Shown here one piece after another: positions 1-11,000 of a stretch of 47,011 nt of DNA. Where the stretch lies: assembly GCF_902713615.1 (NCBI RefSeq), contig NW_024055487.1, positions 329,500 through 376,510 of the forward strand, written 5' to 3'. The notes beneath the pieces are model-generated. The model did not search any database. It was not told the DNA's origin and saw only the letters and a list, made by a program, of their open reading frames with translations. A program made the translations under genes and the position numbers. Numbering within the stretch: the stretch's first letter is position 1; each line of letters starts with the position of its first letter. This DNA comes from Scyliorhinus canicula. Taxonomy: Eukaryota.

Positions 1-81
1 TGATCGGCAGCGGATAACCGTGGAACTGCTGGTGGACAGTGAAAAGCTGCAGATAGAATTTGATCTGCTCTCCAGAAGGAA
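1..81 (+). pseudogene. Old L1-clade ORF2 relic, left half of the Penelope target site
   Basis: Translates as VELLVDSEKLQIEFDLLSRR, homologous to VELLAERKELQRNFDLLSTRK in the L1 ORF2 at 9893-11172; the homology continues at 12934. Confidence 0.8.
70..81 (+). repeat. Left target-site duplication of the composite Penelope insertion (ctccagaaggaa)
   Basis: Identical 12-mer at 12934-12945; removing the intervening DNA restores the L1 relic reading LLSRRKSLHQ. Confidence 0.85.
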
Positions 82-162
82 TGATGTGGAGATGCCGGCG
101 TTGGACTGGGGTGAGCACAGTAAGAAGTCTTACAACACCAGGTTAAAGTCCAACAGGTTTGT

Positions 163-206
163 TTCAAACACGAGCTTTCGGAGCACGGCTCCTTCTTCAG
201 GTGAAT
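163..206 (-). ncRNA. Minimal type I hammerhead ribozyme in pLTR (copy 1)
   Basis: Minus strand reads uucac-CUGAAGA-A-GGAGC/cgu/GCUCC-GAAA-GC-UC-gug: conserved core, stem II hairpin, palindromic AGCU stem III, predicted cleavage after the C at 172. Confidence 0.85.
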
Positions 207-348
207 GGAGAGGCTTGTTCCAGAAATGTTTATATAGACACAGTCAGAGATGCCCCGGAATGCGAGCACCTGCAGGCAATCAAATCATCAAAGATGCAGA
301 GAGAGAGGTAACTCCAGGTTAAAGAGGTGTGAATTGTCCCAAGCCAGT

Positions 349-3066
349 TCAGTCGGTAGGCCTCTGCAAGTCCAGGCTTGTTGGTGGGGGCCGAATGTAA
401 TGCGACATGAATCCCAGATCCCGGTTGAGTCCGCATTCATGCGTGCGGAACTTAGCTATAAGTTTTTGCTCAGCAATTTTGCGTTGTCGCGTCTCCTGAA
501 GGCCTCCTTGTAGAATGCTGACCCGGAGATCAGAGGCTGAATGTCCTTGACTGCTGAAGTGTTCCCCAACTGGAAGGGAACAGTCCTGCCTGTTGATAGT
601 CGCACGATGCCCGTTTATTCGTTGTCGCAGTGTCTGCATGGTCTCGCCAATGTACCACGCTTCGGGACATCCTTTCCTGCAGCGTATGAGGTAGACTACA
701 TTGGTCGAGTCGCACGAGTATGCGCCGCATACCTGGTGGGTGGTGTTTCCACGTGTAATGGTGGTGTCCATGTCGATGATCTGGCATGTCTTGCAGAGAT
801 TACCCTGGCAGGGTTTTGTGGTGTTGTGGTTGCTGTTCTGAAGGCTGGGTAATTTGCTGCAAACAATGGTTTGTTTGAGGTTGCGCGGTTGTTTGAAGGC
901 CAGTAGTGGGGGTGTGGGGATGACCTTGGCAAGATGTCCATCCTCGCTGATGATGTGTTGGAGGCTGCGAAGAAGATGTCGTAGTTTCTCCGCCCCAGGA
1001 AAGTACTGGACGACGAAGGGTACTCTGTCAGTGGTGTCCCGTGTTTGTCTTCTGAGGAGGTCGGTGCGGTTTTTTGCTGTGGCGCGGTGGAACTGTCGAT
1101 CAATGAGTCGAGCGCCATATCCCGTTCGTACGAGGGCATCTTTCAGCATCTGTAGGTGTCTGTTGCGCTCCTTCTTGTCTGAGCAGATCCTGTGTATACG
1201 GAGGGCTTGTCCATAGGGGATGGCTTCTTTAATGTGTTTCGGGTGAAAGCTGGAGAAGTGGAGCATCGTGAGATTATCTGTGGGCTTGCGGTAAAGCGAG
1301 GTGCTGAGGTGACCGTCCTTGATGGAGACGAGTGTGTCCAAGAATGGAACTGAATTTGGAGAATAGTCCATGGTGAGTTTGATGGTGGGATGGAACTTAT
1401 TGATGTCATCGTGTAGTCGTTTCAGTGATGTCTCGCCGTGGGTCCAAAGGAAAAAAATGTCATCGATGTATCTGGTGTATAGCATCGGTTGAAAGTCCTG
1501 TGTGGTGAGGAAGTCCTGTTCAAACTTGTGCATGAAGATGTTGGCATATTGAGGTGCAAATTTGGTCCCCATGGCTGTTCCGTGCGTCTGGATGAAGAAT
1601 TTGTTGTCGAAGGTGAAGACGTTGTGGTCTAGAATGAAACGGATGAGTTGCAGAATTGCGTCTGGAGATTGGCAGTTGTCGGTGTTGAGGACTGAGGCTG
1701 TTGCAGCAATGCCGTCGTCATGGGGGATGCTGGTGTAGAGTGCCGAGACATCCATCGTGACGAGGAATGTTCCTGGTTCAACTGGTCCATGGGTGCTGAG
1801 TTTCTGTAGGAAGTCCGTCGTGTCGCGACAGAAGCTGGGTGTACCTTGTACGATGGGTTTCAAGATGCCCTCGATGTGGCCACAGAGGTTCTCACACAGG
1901 GTCCCATTGCCTGAAACGATAGGACGGCCTGGTGTGTTGGCCTTGTGTATTTTCGGGAGGCAGTAGAGATCTCCAATGCGGGGATTACGTGGGATGAGAG
2001 CACGTAGGGTGTTCTGAAGGTCTGGATCTAAGGTCTTGATCAGTCTGCTGAGTTGGCGGATGTGTTCCTTGGTTGGATCTGCGGGTAACTGCCTGTAGTG
2101 TTCCTGGTTGTCGAGTTGTCGGTATACTTCTTTGCAGTAGTCTGTTCTGTTCAGTATGACGGTGGCCCCTCCTTTGTCTGCTGGTTTGATGACGATGTTG
2201 CGGTTGGTCTTGAGAGTGCGGATGGCGTTGCGTTGTGCTTGGGTGACGTTTGAGGCTGCCTTGTGATTGCGAGTGATGAATCTGGCATTGACACGACTTC
2301 TGACGGCTTGAGAATACATGTCGAGTCTAGGGCAGCGGCCTTCCGGAGGGGTCCAATTTGACTCTTTCCTTTTCGGTTGCTGCACTGCAGATCTCGCGGT
2401 CTGCTGTTCCGGTTCATTGGTCGTGTCCCTGGGTTCGCTGTCGGCCTCTTGGGGTCTGTGGAAGAATTCCCGGAGCCTCATTCGCCTGATGAATTCCTCC
2501 GTATCTGCCGCGAGACTGATGGGGTCCATTTTGGTGGTGGTGCAGAAATTGAGCCCTCTGCTGAGGACTTCGATTTCGTCTGGTTGAAGGGTGTAGTCTG
2601 ACAAGTTGACAATGGATTTCCCTGTATTGTTTTCGACTGTTGTACCGGGAGAAGCTTGATTGCTGCTGGTGGTGATGCCAAGTTTCTCAAGCTTCCTGTT
2701 CTTGGTGTGCATGTAGGTGGCATAGTATTGCTGTCTCATCTGTTTGGCGGTGTTCCGCAGCTGGTCTGCTGTGTCCTGAGCGCAAGTTGAGAATATGGCC
2801 TCTCTCTTGGTTTCCAGGTTGCGTCGACTGCTGTAGAGTTGGTGTACGAGGTGTTTGAGGAGTGTGACAGAGGTGCGGTGGCAGAGTCTTTCAGCGTAGT
2901 CTGTGTTGTAAGTCGACTTGAGTGGGTTTTTGATCTGTAGTCCTTTCGGGATCTTGTCTGCTTTTTTGCATCTTTGTAGAAACTGAATGTCAGTGTCTAT
3001 ATGCGCGATCTTCCTGGAGATCCTCTCCACTTTGAGCCGGCAGTTTGCGGTGTCAATGGTAGCCAT
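349..3066 (-). CDS. Penelope/Poseidon-type polyprotein (RT + C-terminal GIY-YIG endonuclease), 905 aa, intact
   Basis: Open frame from the first ATG (MATIDTAN; the track's 3102 start is GTG). Motifs: IKPADKGG, LPKIHK, GTAMG, YIDD, CQGNLCKTC, VYLIRC..WYIGET..LRQRINGH. Confidence 0.95.
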   Translation of the reverse strand: MATIDTANCRLKVERISRKIAHIDTDIQFLQRCKKADKIPKGLQIKNPLKSTYNTDYAERLCHRTSVTLLKHLVHQLYSSRRNLETKREAIFSTCAQDTADQLRNTAKQMRQQYYATYMHTKNRKLEKLGITTSSNQASPGTTVENNTGKSIVNLSDYTLQPDEIEVLSRGLNFCTTTKMDPISLAADTEEFIRRMRLREFFHRPQEADSEPRDTTNEPEQQTARSAVQQPKRKESNWTPPEGRCPRLDMYSQAVRSRVNARFITRNHKAASNVTQAQRNAIRTLKTNRNIVIKPADKGGATVILNRTDYCKEVYRQLDNQEHYRQLPADPTKEHIRQLSRLIKTLDPDLQNTLRALIPRNPRIGDLYCLPKIHKANTPGRPIVSGNGTLCENLCGHIEGILKPIVQGTPSFCRDTTDFLQKLSTHGPVEPGTFLVTMDVSALYTSIPHDDGIAATASVLNTDNCQSPDAILQLIRFILDHNVFTFDNKFFIQTHGTAMGTKFAPQYANIFMHKFEQDFLTTQDFQPMLYTRYIDDIFFLWTHGETSLKRLHDDINKFHPTIKLTMDYSPNSVPFLDTLVSIKDGHLSTSLYRKPTDNLTMLHFSSFHPKHIKEAIPYGQALRIHRICSDKKERNRHLQMLKDALVRTGYGARLIDRQFHRATAKNRTDLLRRQTRDTTDRVPFVVQYFPGAEKLRHLLRSLQHIISEDGHLAKVIPTPPLLAFKQPRNLKQTIVCSKLPSLQNSNHNTTKPCQGNLCKTCQIIDMDTTITRGNTTHQVCGAYSCDSTNVVYLIRCRKGCPEAWYIGETMQTLRQRINGHRATINRQDCSLPVGEHFSSQGHSASDLRVSILQGGLQETRQRKIAEQKLIAKFRTHECGLNRDLGFMSHYIRPPPTSLDLQRPTD

Positions 3067-3146
3067 GATGTGGAGATGCCGGCGTTGGACTGGGGTGAGC
3101 ACAGTAAGAAGTCTTACAACACCAGGTTAAAGTCCAACAGGTTTGT

Positions 3147-3190
3147 TTCAAACACGAGCTTTCGGAGCACGGCTCCTTCTTCAGGTGAAT
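3147..3190 (-). ncRNA. Minimal type I hammerhead ribozyme in pLTR (copy 2)
   Basis: Identical to 163-206, exactly 2984 bp away. Confidence 0.85.
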
Positions 3191-3332
3191 GGAGAGGCTT
3201 GTTCCAGAAATGTTTATATAGACACAGTCAGAGATGCCCCGGAATGCGAGCACCTGCAGGCAATCAAATCATCAAAGATGCAGAGAGAGAGGTAACTCCA
3301 GGTTAAAGAGGTGTGAATTGTCCCAAGCCAGT

Positions 3333-6050
3333 TCAGTCGGTAGGCCTCTGCAAGTCCAGGCTTGTTGGTGGGGGCCGAATGTAATGCGACATGAATCCCA
3401 GATCCCGGTTGAGTCCGCATTCATGCGTGCGGAACTTAGCTATAAGTTTTTGCTCAGCAATTTTGCGTTGTCGCGTCTCCTGAAGGCCTCCTTGTAGAAT
3501 GCTGACCCGGAGATCAGATGCTGAATGTCCTTGACTGCTGAAGTGTTCCCCAACTGGAAGGGAACAGTCCTGCCTGTTGATAGTCGCACGATGCCCGTTT
3601 ATTCGTTGTCGCAGTGTCTGCATGGTCTCGCCAATGTACCACGCTTCGGGACATCCTTTCCTACAGCGTATGAGGTAGACTACATTGGTCGAGTCGCACG
3701 AGTATGCGCCGCGTACCTGGTGGGTGGTGTTTCCACGTGTAATGGTGGTGTCCATGTCGATGATCTGGCATGTCTTGCAGAGATTACCCTGGCAGGGTTT
3801 TGTGGTGTTGTGGTTGCTGTTCTGAAGGCTGGGTAATTTGCTGCAAACAATGGTTTGTTTGAGGTTGCGCGGTTGTTTGAAGGCCAGTAGTGGGGGTGTG
3901 GGGATGACCTTGGCAAGATGTCCATCCTCGCTGATGATGTGTTGGAGGCTGCGAAGAAGATGTCGTAGTTTCTCCGCCCCAGGAAAGTACTGGACGACGA
4001 AGGGTACTCTGTCAGTGGTGTCCCGTGTTTGTCTTCTGAGGAGGTCGGTGCGGTTTTTTGCTGTGGCGCGGTGGAACTGTCGATCAATGAGTCGAGCGCC
4101 ATATCCCGTTCGTACGAGGGCATCTTTCAGCATCTGTAGGTGTCTGTTGCGCTCCTTCTTGTCTGAGCAGATCCTGTGTATACGGAGGGCTTGTCCATAG
4201 GGGATGGCTTCTTTAATGTGTTTCGGGTGAAAGCTGGAGAAGTGGAGCATCGTGAGATTATCTGTGGGCTTGCGGTAAAGCGAGGTGCTGAGGTGACCGT
4301 CCTTGATGGAGACGAGTGTGTCCAAGAATGGAACTGAATTTGGAGAATAGTCCATGGTGAGTTTGATGGTGGGATGGAACTTATTGATGTCATCGTGTAG
4401 TCGTTTCAGTGATGTCTCGCCGTGGGTCCAAAGGAAAAAAATGTCATCGATGTATCTGGTGTATAGCATCGGTTGAAAGTCCTGTGTGGTGAGGAAGTCC
4501 TGTTCAAACTTGTGCATGAAGATGTTGGCATATTGAGGTGCAAATTTGGTCCCCATGGCTGTTCCGTGCGTCTGGATGAAGAATTTGTTGTCGAAGGTGA
4601 AGACGTTGTGGTCTAGAATGAAACGGATGAGTTGCAGAATTGCGTCTGGAGATTGGCAGTTGTCGGTGTTGAGGACTGAGGCTGTTGCAGCAATGCCGTC
4701 GTCATGGGGGATGCTGGTGTAGAGTGCCGAGACATCCATCGTGACGAGGAATGTTCCTGGTTCAACTGGTCCATGGGTGCTGAGTTTCTGTAGGAAGTCC
4801 GTCGTGTCGCGACAGAAGCTGGGTGTACCTTGTACGATGGGTTTCAAGATGCCCTCGATGTGGCCACAGAGGTTCTCACACAGGGTCCCATTGCCTGAAA
4901 CGATAGGACGGCCTGGTGTGTTGGCCTTGTGTATTTTCGGGAGGCAGTAGAGATCTCCAATGCGGGGATTACGTGGGATGAGAGCACGTAGGGTGTTCTG
5001 AAGGTCTGGATCTAAGGTCTTGATCAGTCTGCTGAGTTGGCGGATGTGTTCCTTGGTTGGATCTGCGGGTAACTGCCTGTAGTGTTCCTGGTTGTCGAGT
5101 TGTCGGTATACTTCTTTGCAGTAGTCTGTTCTGTTCAGTATGACGGTGGCCCCTCCTTTGTCTGCTGGTTTGATGACGATGTTGCGGTTGGTCTTGAGAG
5201 TGCGGATGGCGTTGCGTTGTGCTTGGGTGACGTTTGAGGCTGCCTTGTGATTGCGAGTGATGAATCTGGCATTGACACGACTTCTGACGGCTTGAGCATA
5301 CATGTCGAGTCTAGGGCAGCGGCCTTCCGGAGGGGTCCAATTTGACTCTTTCCTTTTCGGTTGCTGCACTGCAGATCTCGCGGTCTGCTGTTCCGGTTCA
5401 TTGGTCGTGTCCCTGGGTTCGCTGTCGGCCTCTTGGGGTCTGTGGAAGAATTCCCGGAGCCTCATTCGCCTGATGAATTCCTCCGTATCTGCCGCGAGAC
5501 TGATGGGGTCCATTTTGGTGGTGGTGCAGAAATTGAGCCCTCTGCTGAGGACTTCGATTTCGTCTGGTTGAAGGGTGTAGTCTGACAAGTTGACAATGGA
5601 TTTCCCTGTATTGTTTTCGACTGTTGTACCGGGAGAAGCTTGATTGCTGCTGGTGGTGATGCCAAGTTTCTCAAGCTTCCTGTTCTTGGTGTGCATGTAG
5701 GTGGCATAGTATTGCTGTCTCATCTGTTTGGCGGTGTTCCGCAGCTGGTCTGCTGTGTCCTGAGCGCAAGTTGAGAATATGGCCTCTCTCTTGGTTTCCA
5801 GGTTGCGTCGACTGCTGTAGAGTTGGTGTACGAGGTGTTTGAGGAGTGTGACAGAGGTGCGGTGGCAGAGTCTTTCAGCGTAGTCTGTGTTGTAAGTCGA
5901 CTTGAGTGGGTTTTTGATCTGTAGTCCTTTCGGGATCTTGTCTGCTTTTTTGCATCTTTGTAGAAACTGAATGTCAGTGTCTATATGCGCGATCTTCCTG
6001 GAGATCCTCTCCACTTTGAGCCGGCAGTTTGCGGTGTCAATGGTAGCCAT
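3333..6050 (-). CDS. Penelope/Poseidon-type polyprotein, second intact copy, 905 aa
   Basis: Same motifs; differs from copy 1 at two residues (YAQ vs YSQ, VRG vs VCG) plus silent changes. Confidence 0.95.
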   Translation of the reverse strand: MATIDTANCRLKVERISRKIAHIDTDIQFLQRCKKADKIPKGLQIKNPLKSTYNTDYAERLCHRTSVTLLKHLVHQLYSSRRNLETKREAIFSTCAQDTADQLRNTAKQMRQQYYATYMHTKNRKLEKLGITTSSNQASPGTTVENNTGKSIVNLSDYTLQPDEIEVLSRGLNFCTTTKMDPISLAADTEEFIRRMRLREFFHRPQEADSEPRDTTNEPEQQTARSAVQQPKRKESNWTPPEGRCPRLDMYAQAVRSRVNARFITRNHKAASNVTQAQRNAIRTLKTNRNIVIKPADKGGATVILNRTDYCKEVYRQLDNQEHYRQLPADPTKEHIRQLSRLIKTLDPDLQNTLRALIPRNPRIGDLYCLPKIHKANTPGRPIVSGNGTLCENLCGHIEGILKPIVQGTPSFCRDTTDFLQKLSTHGPVEPGTFLVTMDVSALYTSIPHDDGIAATASVLNTDNCQSPDAILQLIRFILDHNVFTFDNKFFIQTHGTAMGTKFAPQYANIFMHKFEQDFLTTQDFQPMLYTRYIDDIFFLWTHGETSLKRLHDDINKFHPTIKLTMDYSPNSVPFLDTLVSIKDGHLSTSLYRKPTDNLTMLHFSSFHPKHIKEAIPYGQALRIHRICSDKKERNRHLQMLKDALVRTGYGARLIDRQFHRATAKNRTDLLRRQTRDTTDRVPFVVQYFPGAEKLRHLLRSLQHIISEDGHLAKVIPTPPLLAFKQPRNLKQTIVCSKLPSLQNSNHNTTKPCQGNLCKTCQIIDMDTTITRGNTTHQVRGAYSCDSTNVVYLIRCRKGCPEAWYIGETMQTLRQRINGHRATINRQDCSLPVGEHFSSQGHSASDLRVSILQGGLQETRQRKIAEQKLIAKFRTHECGLNRDLGFMSHYIRPPPTSLDLQRPTD

Positions 6051-6130
6051 GATGTGGAGATGCCGGCGTTGGACTGGGGTGAGCACAGTAAGAAGTCTTA
6101 CAACACCAGGTTAAAGTCCAACAGGTTTGT

Positions 6131-6174
6131 TTCAAACACGAGCTTTCGGAGCACGGCTCCTTCTTCAGGTGAAT
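6131..6174 (-). ncRNA. Minimal type I hammerhead ribozyme in pLTR (copy 3)
   Basis: Identical to 163-206. Confidence 0.85.
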
Positions 6175-6316
6175 GGAGAGGCTTGTTCCAGAAATGTTTA
6201 TATAGACACAGTCAGAGATGCCCCGGAATGCGAGCACCTGCAGGCAATCAAATCATCAAAGATGCAGAGAGAGAGGTAACTCCAGGTTAAAGAGGTGTGA
6301 ATTGTCCCAAGCCAGT

Positions 6317-7583
6317 TCAGTCGGTAGGCCTCTGCAAGTCCAGGCTTGTTGGTGGGGGCCGAATGTAATGCGACATGAATCCCAGATCCCGGTTGAGTCC
6401 GCATTCATGCGTGCGGAACTTAGCTATAAGTTTTTGCTCAGCAATTTTGCGTTGTCACGTCTCCTGAAGGCCTCCTTGTAGAATGCTGACCCGGAGATCA
6501 GAGGCTGAATGTCCTTGACTGCTGAAGTGTTCCCCAACTGGAAGGGAACAGTCCTGCCTGTTGATAGTCGCACGATGCCCGTTTATTCGTTGTCGCAGTG
6601 TCTGCATGGTCTCGCCAATGTACCACGCTTCGGGACATCCTTTCCTGCAGCGTATGAGGTAGACTACATTGGTCGAGTCGCACGAGTATGCGCCGCGTAC
6701 CTGGTGGGTGGTGTTTCCACGTGTAATGGTGGTGTCCATGTCGATGATCTGGCATGTCTTGCAGAGATTACCCTGGCAGGGTTTTGTGGTGTTGTGGTTG
6801 CTGTTCTGAAGGCTGGGTAATTTGCTGCAAACAATGGTTTGTTTGAGGTTGCGCGGTTGTTTGAAGGCCAGTAGTGGGGGTGTGGGGATGACCTTGGCAA
6901 GATGTCCATCCTCGCTGATGATGTGTTGGAGGCTGCGAAGAAGATGTCGTAGTTTCTCCGCCCCAGGAAAGTACTGGACGACGAAGGGTACTCTGTCAGT
7001 GGTGTCCCGTGTTTGTCTTCTGAGGAGGTCGGTGCGGTTTTTTTGCTGTGGCGCGGTGGAACTGTCGATCAATGAGTCGAGCGCCATATCCCGTTCGTAC
7101 GAGGGCATCTTTCAGCATCTGTAGGTGTCTGTTGCGCTCCTTCTTGTCTGAGCAGATCCTGTGTATACGGAGGGCTTGTCCATAGGGGATGGCTTCTTTA
7201 ATGTGTTTCGGGTGAAAGCTGGAGAAGTGGAGCATCGTGAGATTATCTGTGGGCTTGCGGTAAAGCGAGGTGCTGAGGTGACCGTCCTTGATGGAGACGA
7301 GTGTGTCCAAGAATGGAACTGAATTTGGAGAATAGTCCATGGTGAGTTTGATGGTGGGATGGAACTTATTGATGTCATCGTGTAGTCGTTTCAGTGATGT
7401 CTCGCCGTGGGTCCAAAGGAAAAAAATGTCATCGATGTATCTGGTGTATAGCATCGGTTGAAAGTCCTGTGTGGTGAGGAAGTCCTGTTCAAACTTGTGC
7501 ATGAAGATGTTGGCATATTGAGGTGCAAATTTGGTCCCCATGGCTGTTCCGTGCGTCTGGATGAAGAATTTGTTGTCGAAGGT
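6317..7583 (-). pseudogene. 5'-truncated third Penelope unit
   Basis: 3' part of the ORF with a CGA>TGA stop at 6455-6457 and a +1 T in a homopolymer near 7038; breaks off inside RT at 7583. Confidence 0.9.
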
Positions 7584-8080
7584 TCAAAGTGGAGAGGATC
7601 TCCAGGAAGATCGCGCATATAGACACTGACATTCAGTTTCTACAAAGATGCACGACCCCAGTCCATCACTCGCAATCACAAGGCAGCCTCAAACGTCACC
7701 CAAGCACAACGCAACGCCATCCGCACTCTCAAGACCAACCGCAACATCGTCATCAAACCAGCAGACAAAGGAGGGGCCACCGTCATACTGAACAGAACAG
7801 ACTACTGCAAAGAAGTATACCGACAACTCGACAACCAGGAACACTACAGGCAGTTACCCGCAGATCCAACCAAGGAACACATCCGCCAACTCAGCAGACT
7901 GATCAAGACCTTAGATCCAGACCTTCAGAACACCCTACGTGCTCTCATCCCACGTAATCCCCGCATTGGAGATCTCTACTGCCTCCCGAAAATACACAAG
8001 GCCAACACACCAGGCCGTCCTATCGTTTCAGGCAATGGGACCCTGTGTGAGAACCTCTCTGGCCACATCGAGGGCATCTT
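7584..8080 (+). mobile_element. Inversion junction and first part of the plus-strand Penelope arm
   Basis: 7584-7652 is the reverse complement of 2967-3035; the arm proper starts at 7664 (equivalent to 2278) and is cut by L1 at 8080. Confidence 0.88.
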
Positions 8081-11000
8081 TTTTTTTTTTATAAATGTTT
8101 TTATTCAGTTTTCGTATTTTATATTGAACAAATTACAAATTGTTAGGAGAGAGAAAAAAAAACAAACAAAAACAAACACGCAAAAATTAACACACATATT
8201 TACAGGTAAGCATCTTCGTAGTAGTAACTGCGCCCCCCCCCCCTCCCCCCCTCAACATGTTTATTTAGCTTGGTTTTGGGCCTTAGCTAGCCATCGAACC
8301 CCCGTAACGAACCTGTAGCCCCCCACCCCTCCCGCTACCTTCCCCCGACTATTCTTCCTCTTGTACATTGGCCACAAATAGGTCCCGGAACAGTCGCATG
8401 AATGGCTCCCACGTTCTGTGGAAGCCGTCGTCCGACCCTCGGATGGCAAATTTGATTTTCTCCATTTGGAGAGATTCCGAGAGGTCGGACAGCCAGTCCG
8501 CAGCTCTGGGCGGTGCTGCTGACCGCCAGCCAAACAGGATTCTACGGCGGGCGATCAGGGAGGCAAAGGCAAGGGCATCCGCCCTCCTCCCCAGGAATAG
8601 ATCTGGCTGTTCTGAAACCCCGAAGACCGCCACTATCGGGCATGGCTCCACCCTCACTCCCACCACTTTGGACATTACCTCGAAGAAGGCTGTCCAGTAC
8701 TCCACGAGTCTGGGGCAGGACCAGAACATGTGGGCGTGGTTGGCCGGGCCTCTTTGGCACCGTTCACATCTGTCTTCCACCTCCGGGAAGAACCTACTCA
8801 TACGGGTTCTTGTTAAGTGGGCTCTATGTACCACTTTTAGTTGCGTCAGGCTGAGCCTTGCGCACGTGGAGGTGGAGTTGACCCTATGCAGTGCTTCGCT
8901 CCAGAGTCCCCACCCGATCTCCATCCCCAGGTCGTCCTCCCATTTCCTTCTTGTTGCGTCCAGTACGGTGTCGTCCCTATCTACCAGTCGGTCATACATG
9001 TCACTACAGTTCCCTTTCTCTAGGATACTTGCGTCCAGTAGGTCTTCCAGTAGTGTCTGTCGTGGCGGTTGTGGGTACGTCCTTGTCTCCTTTCGTAGGA
9101 AGTTTTTGAGCTGCAGGTACCGTAGCTCGTTCCCCCCAGCTAGCTGAAATTTCTCTGTCAGTTCGTCCAGTGTTGCGATCCTGTCGTCCGTGTATAGGTC
9201 CCTGACTGTCAGTGTCCCCCCGTCCTGCCTCCACCTTTTGAAGGTGGCGTCGGTCAGTGCTGGTTTGAACCTATGGTTGTTGCAGATGGGAGCCCTGTTC
9301 GACATTTTGGTCAGGCCAAGTTGCTGCCGCAGTTGGTTCCAGGATTGGAGGGTGGCTGTCACCACTGGGCTGCTGGAGTGTTTTTTGGGTGGGGATGGGA
9401 GTGCTGCCGTGGCGAGGGCCCGGAGGGAGGTTCCCATGCAGGAGGCCTCCTCCGCACGCACCCACTCAGCTTCTGGCTCCTGGATCCATCCCCTTACTCG
9501 CTCGGCTGTTGCTGCCCAGTGGTAGAATTGTAGATTCGGGAGGGCTAACCCTCCCCTGGTTTTTGTTTTTTGTAAGACCTTCTTTGGGATCCTAGCATTT
9601 TTACCCCCCCATACGAACGCCATGATGAGTTTGTCCAGCGCTTTGAAAAAGGCCTTGGGGATGTAGATCGGAATGGATCTAAACAGGAAGAGGAACCTGG
9701 GCAGTACGTTCATTTTGATCGTCTGAACTCTCCCCGCGAGGGAGAGCGGGAGTGTGTTCCATCTTTGCAGGTCCTTTTTAACTTCCTCCGTCAGGCTGGT
9801 GAGGTTCCATTTGTGGATCCCTTTCCAGTCATGGGCTATTTGGATCCCCAGGTAGCGGAATTTATGTCGGGCTTGTTTGAACGGCAGCCCCTTTAGTGCT
9901 GCCCCCCCCCCCCCCCTTGCGGGTGTAATGGGAAGATCTCACTTTTGCTCATGTTGAGTTTGTAGCCCGAGAAGGCTCCAAACTCTTTCAGGAGCGCGAT
10001 GATTCCGTCCATGCTGCTTTGTGGGTCCGAGATATAGAGGAGCAGATCATCCGCATAGAGTGAGACTCTGTGCTCTCTACCTCCCCTTCGGATCCCCCTC
10101 CAATTTTTTGCTGCCCTGAGCGCGATTGCTAGCGGTTCGATTGCTAGTGCGAACAGCAGCGGGGACAGTGGGCATCCTTGTCTGGTGCCCCTGTGCAGCT
10201 GGAAGTATTGGGAGTTGGTATTGTTGGTCTGTACACTCGCCATGGGAGCGTTGTACAGGAGCTTTACCCAAGCGGTGAACCCTGTTCCAAGCCCGAACCG
10301 CTCCAGTACCTCTATGAGGTATTTCCATTCGACTCTGTCGAAGGCCTTTTCTGCGTCCAGGGAGACGATCACCTCTTGTGTTCTCTCCCCGGAGGGGGTC
10401 ATTATCACGTTCAGCAGGCGCCTGATGTTCGCGGTCAGCTGTCTACCTTTGACAAAGCCCGTCTGGTCCTCTGTGACCACCTCAGGTACACAGTCTTCTA
10501 GCCTTTTGGCTAGGATTTTGGCCAGTATTTTGGCGTCTGCGTTCAGCAGAGATATGGGTCTGTATGACCCACATTCCGTTGGGTCTTTGTCTTTCTTAGG
10601 TATCAGCGAGATTGAGGCCTGTGCTAACGTGGGTGGCAACGTGCCCCTAGCTAGCGAGTCTGTGAACATCTCCCGCATGTGCGGGGCCAGCGCTGTCGCA
10701 AATTTTTTGTAGAAGTCCGCCGGGAATCCGTCCGGTCCCGGCGCCTTCCCCGCCTGCATGGAGCTAATGCTGTCCATGATCTCTCCCAGTGCTAGTGGTG
10801 CTTCCAGATCCCGTTTTCTGCCCTCTCCCACAACTGGTATGTTCAGTCCGTCAAGAAACCGGTTCATCCCAGCCTTCCCCGTTGGGGGCTCTGAGGTGTA
10901 CAGCTCTTGGTAGAAGGCCTTGAAGGTTTTGTTAATCTTCTCTGGTTCTGTTTCCAACGTGCCTCTGGTATCTCTGATTTGCGCGATTTCTCTGCTGGCT

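Noticed and set aside
3067-3102. 12-aa N-terminal extension (917-aa call) of the Penelope ORF
   Set aside because: It starts at GTG; the first ATG is at 3066 (6050 in copy 2).
82-7583. Tandem Penelope units as a pure assembly duplication
   Set aside because: Units differ at several specific positions and the structure closes with a coherent TSD; long-read confirmation is still advisable.
9902-9916. Frameshifts at G/C homopolymers (also near 34617-34634 and 34946-34957) as programmed frameshifting
   Set aside because: Homopolymer slippage or sequencing error is sufficient; these clades are not known to use frameshifting within ORF2.
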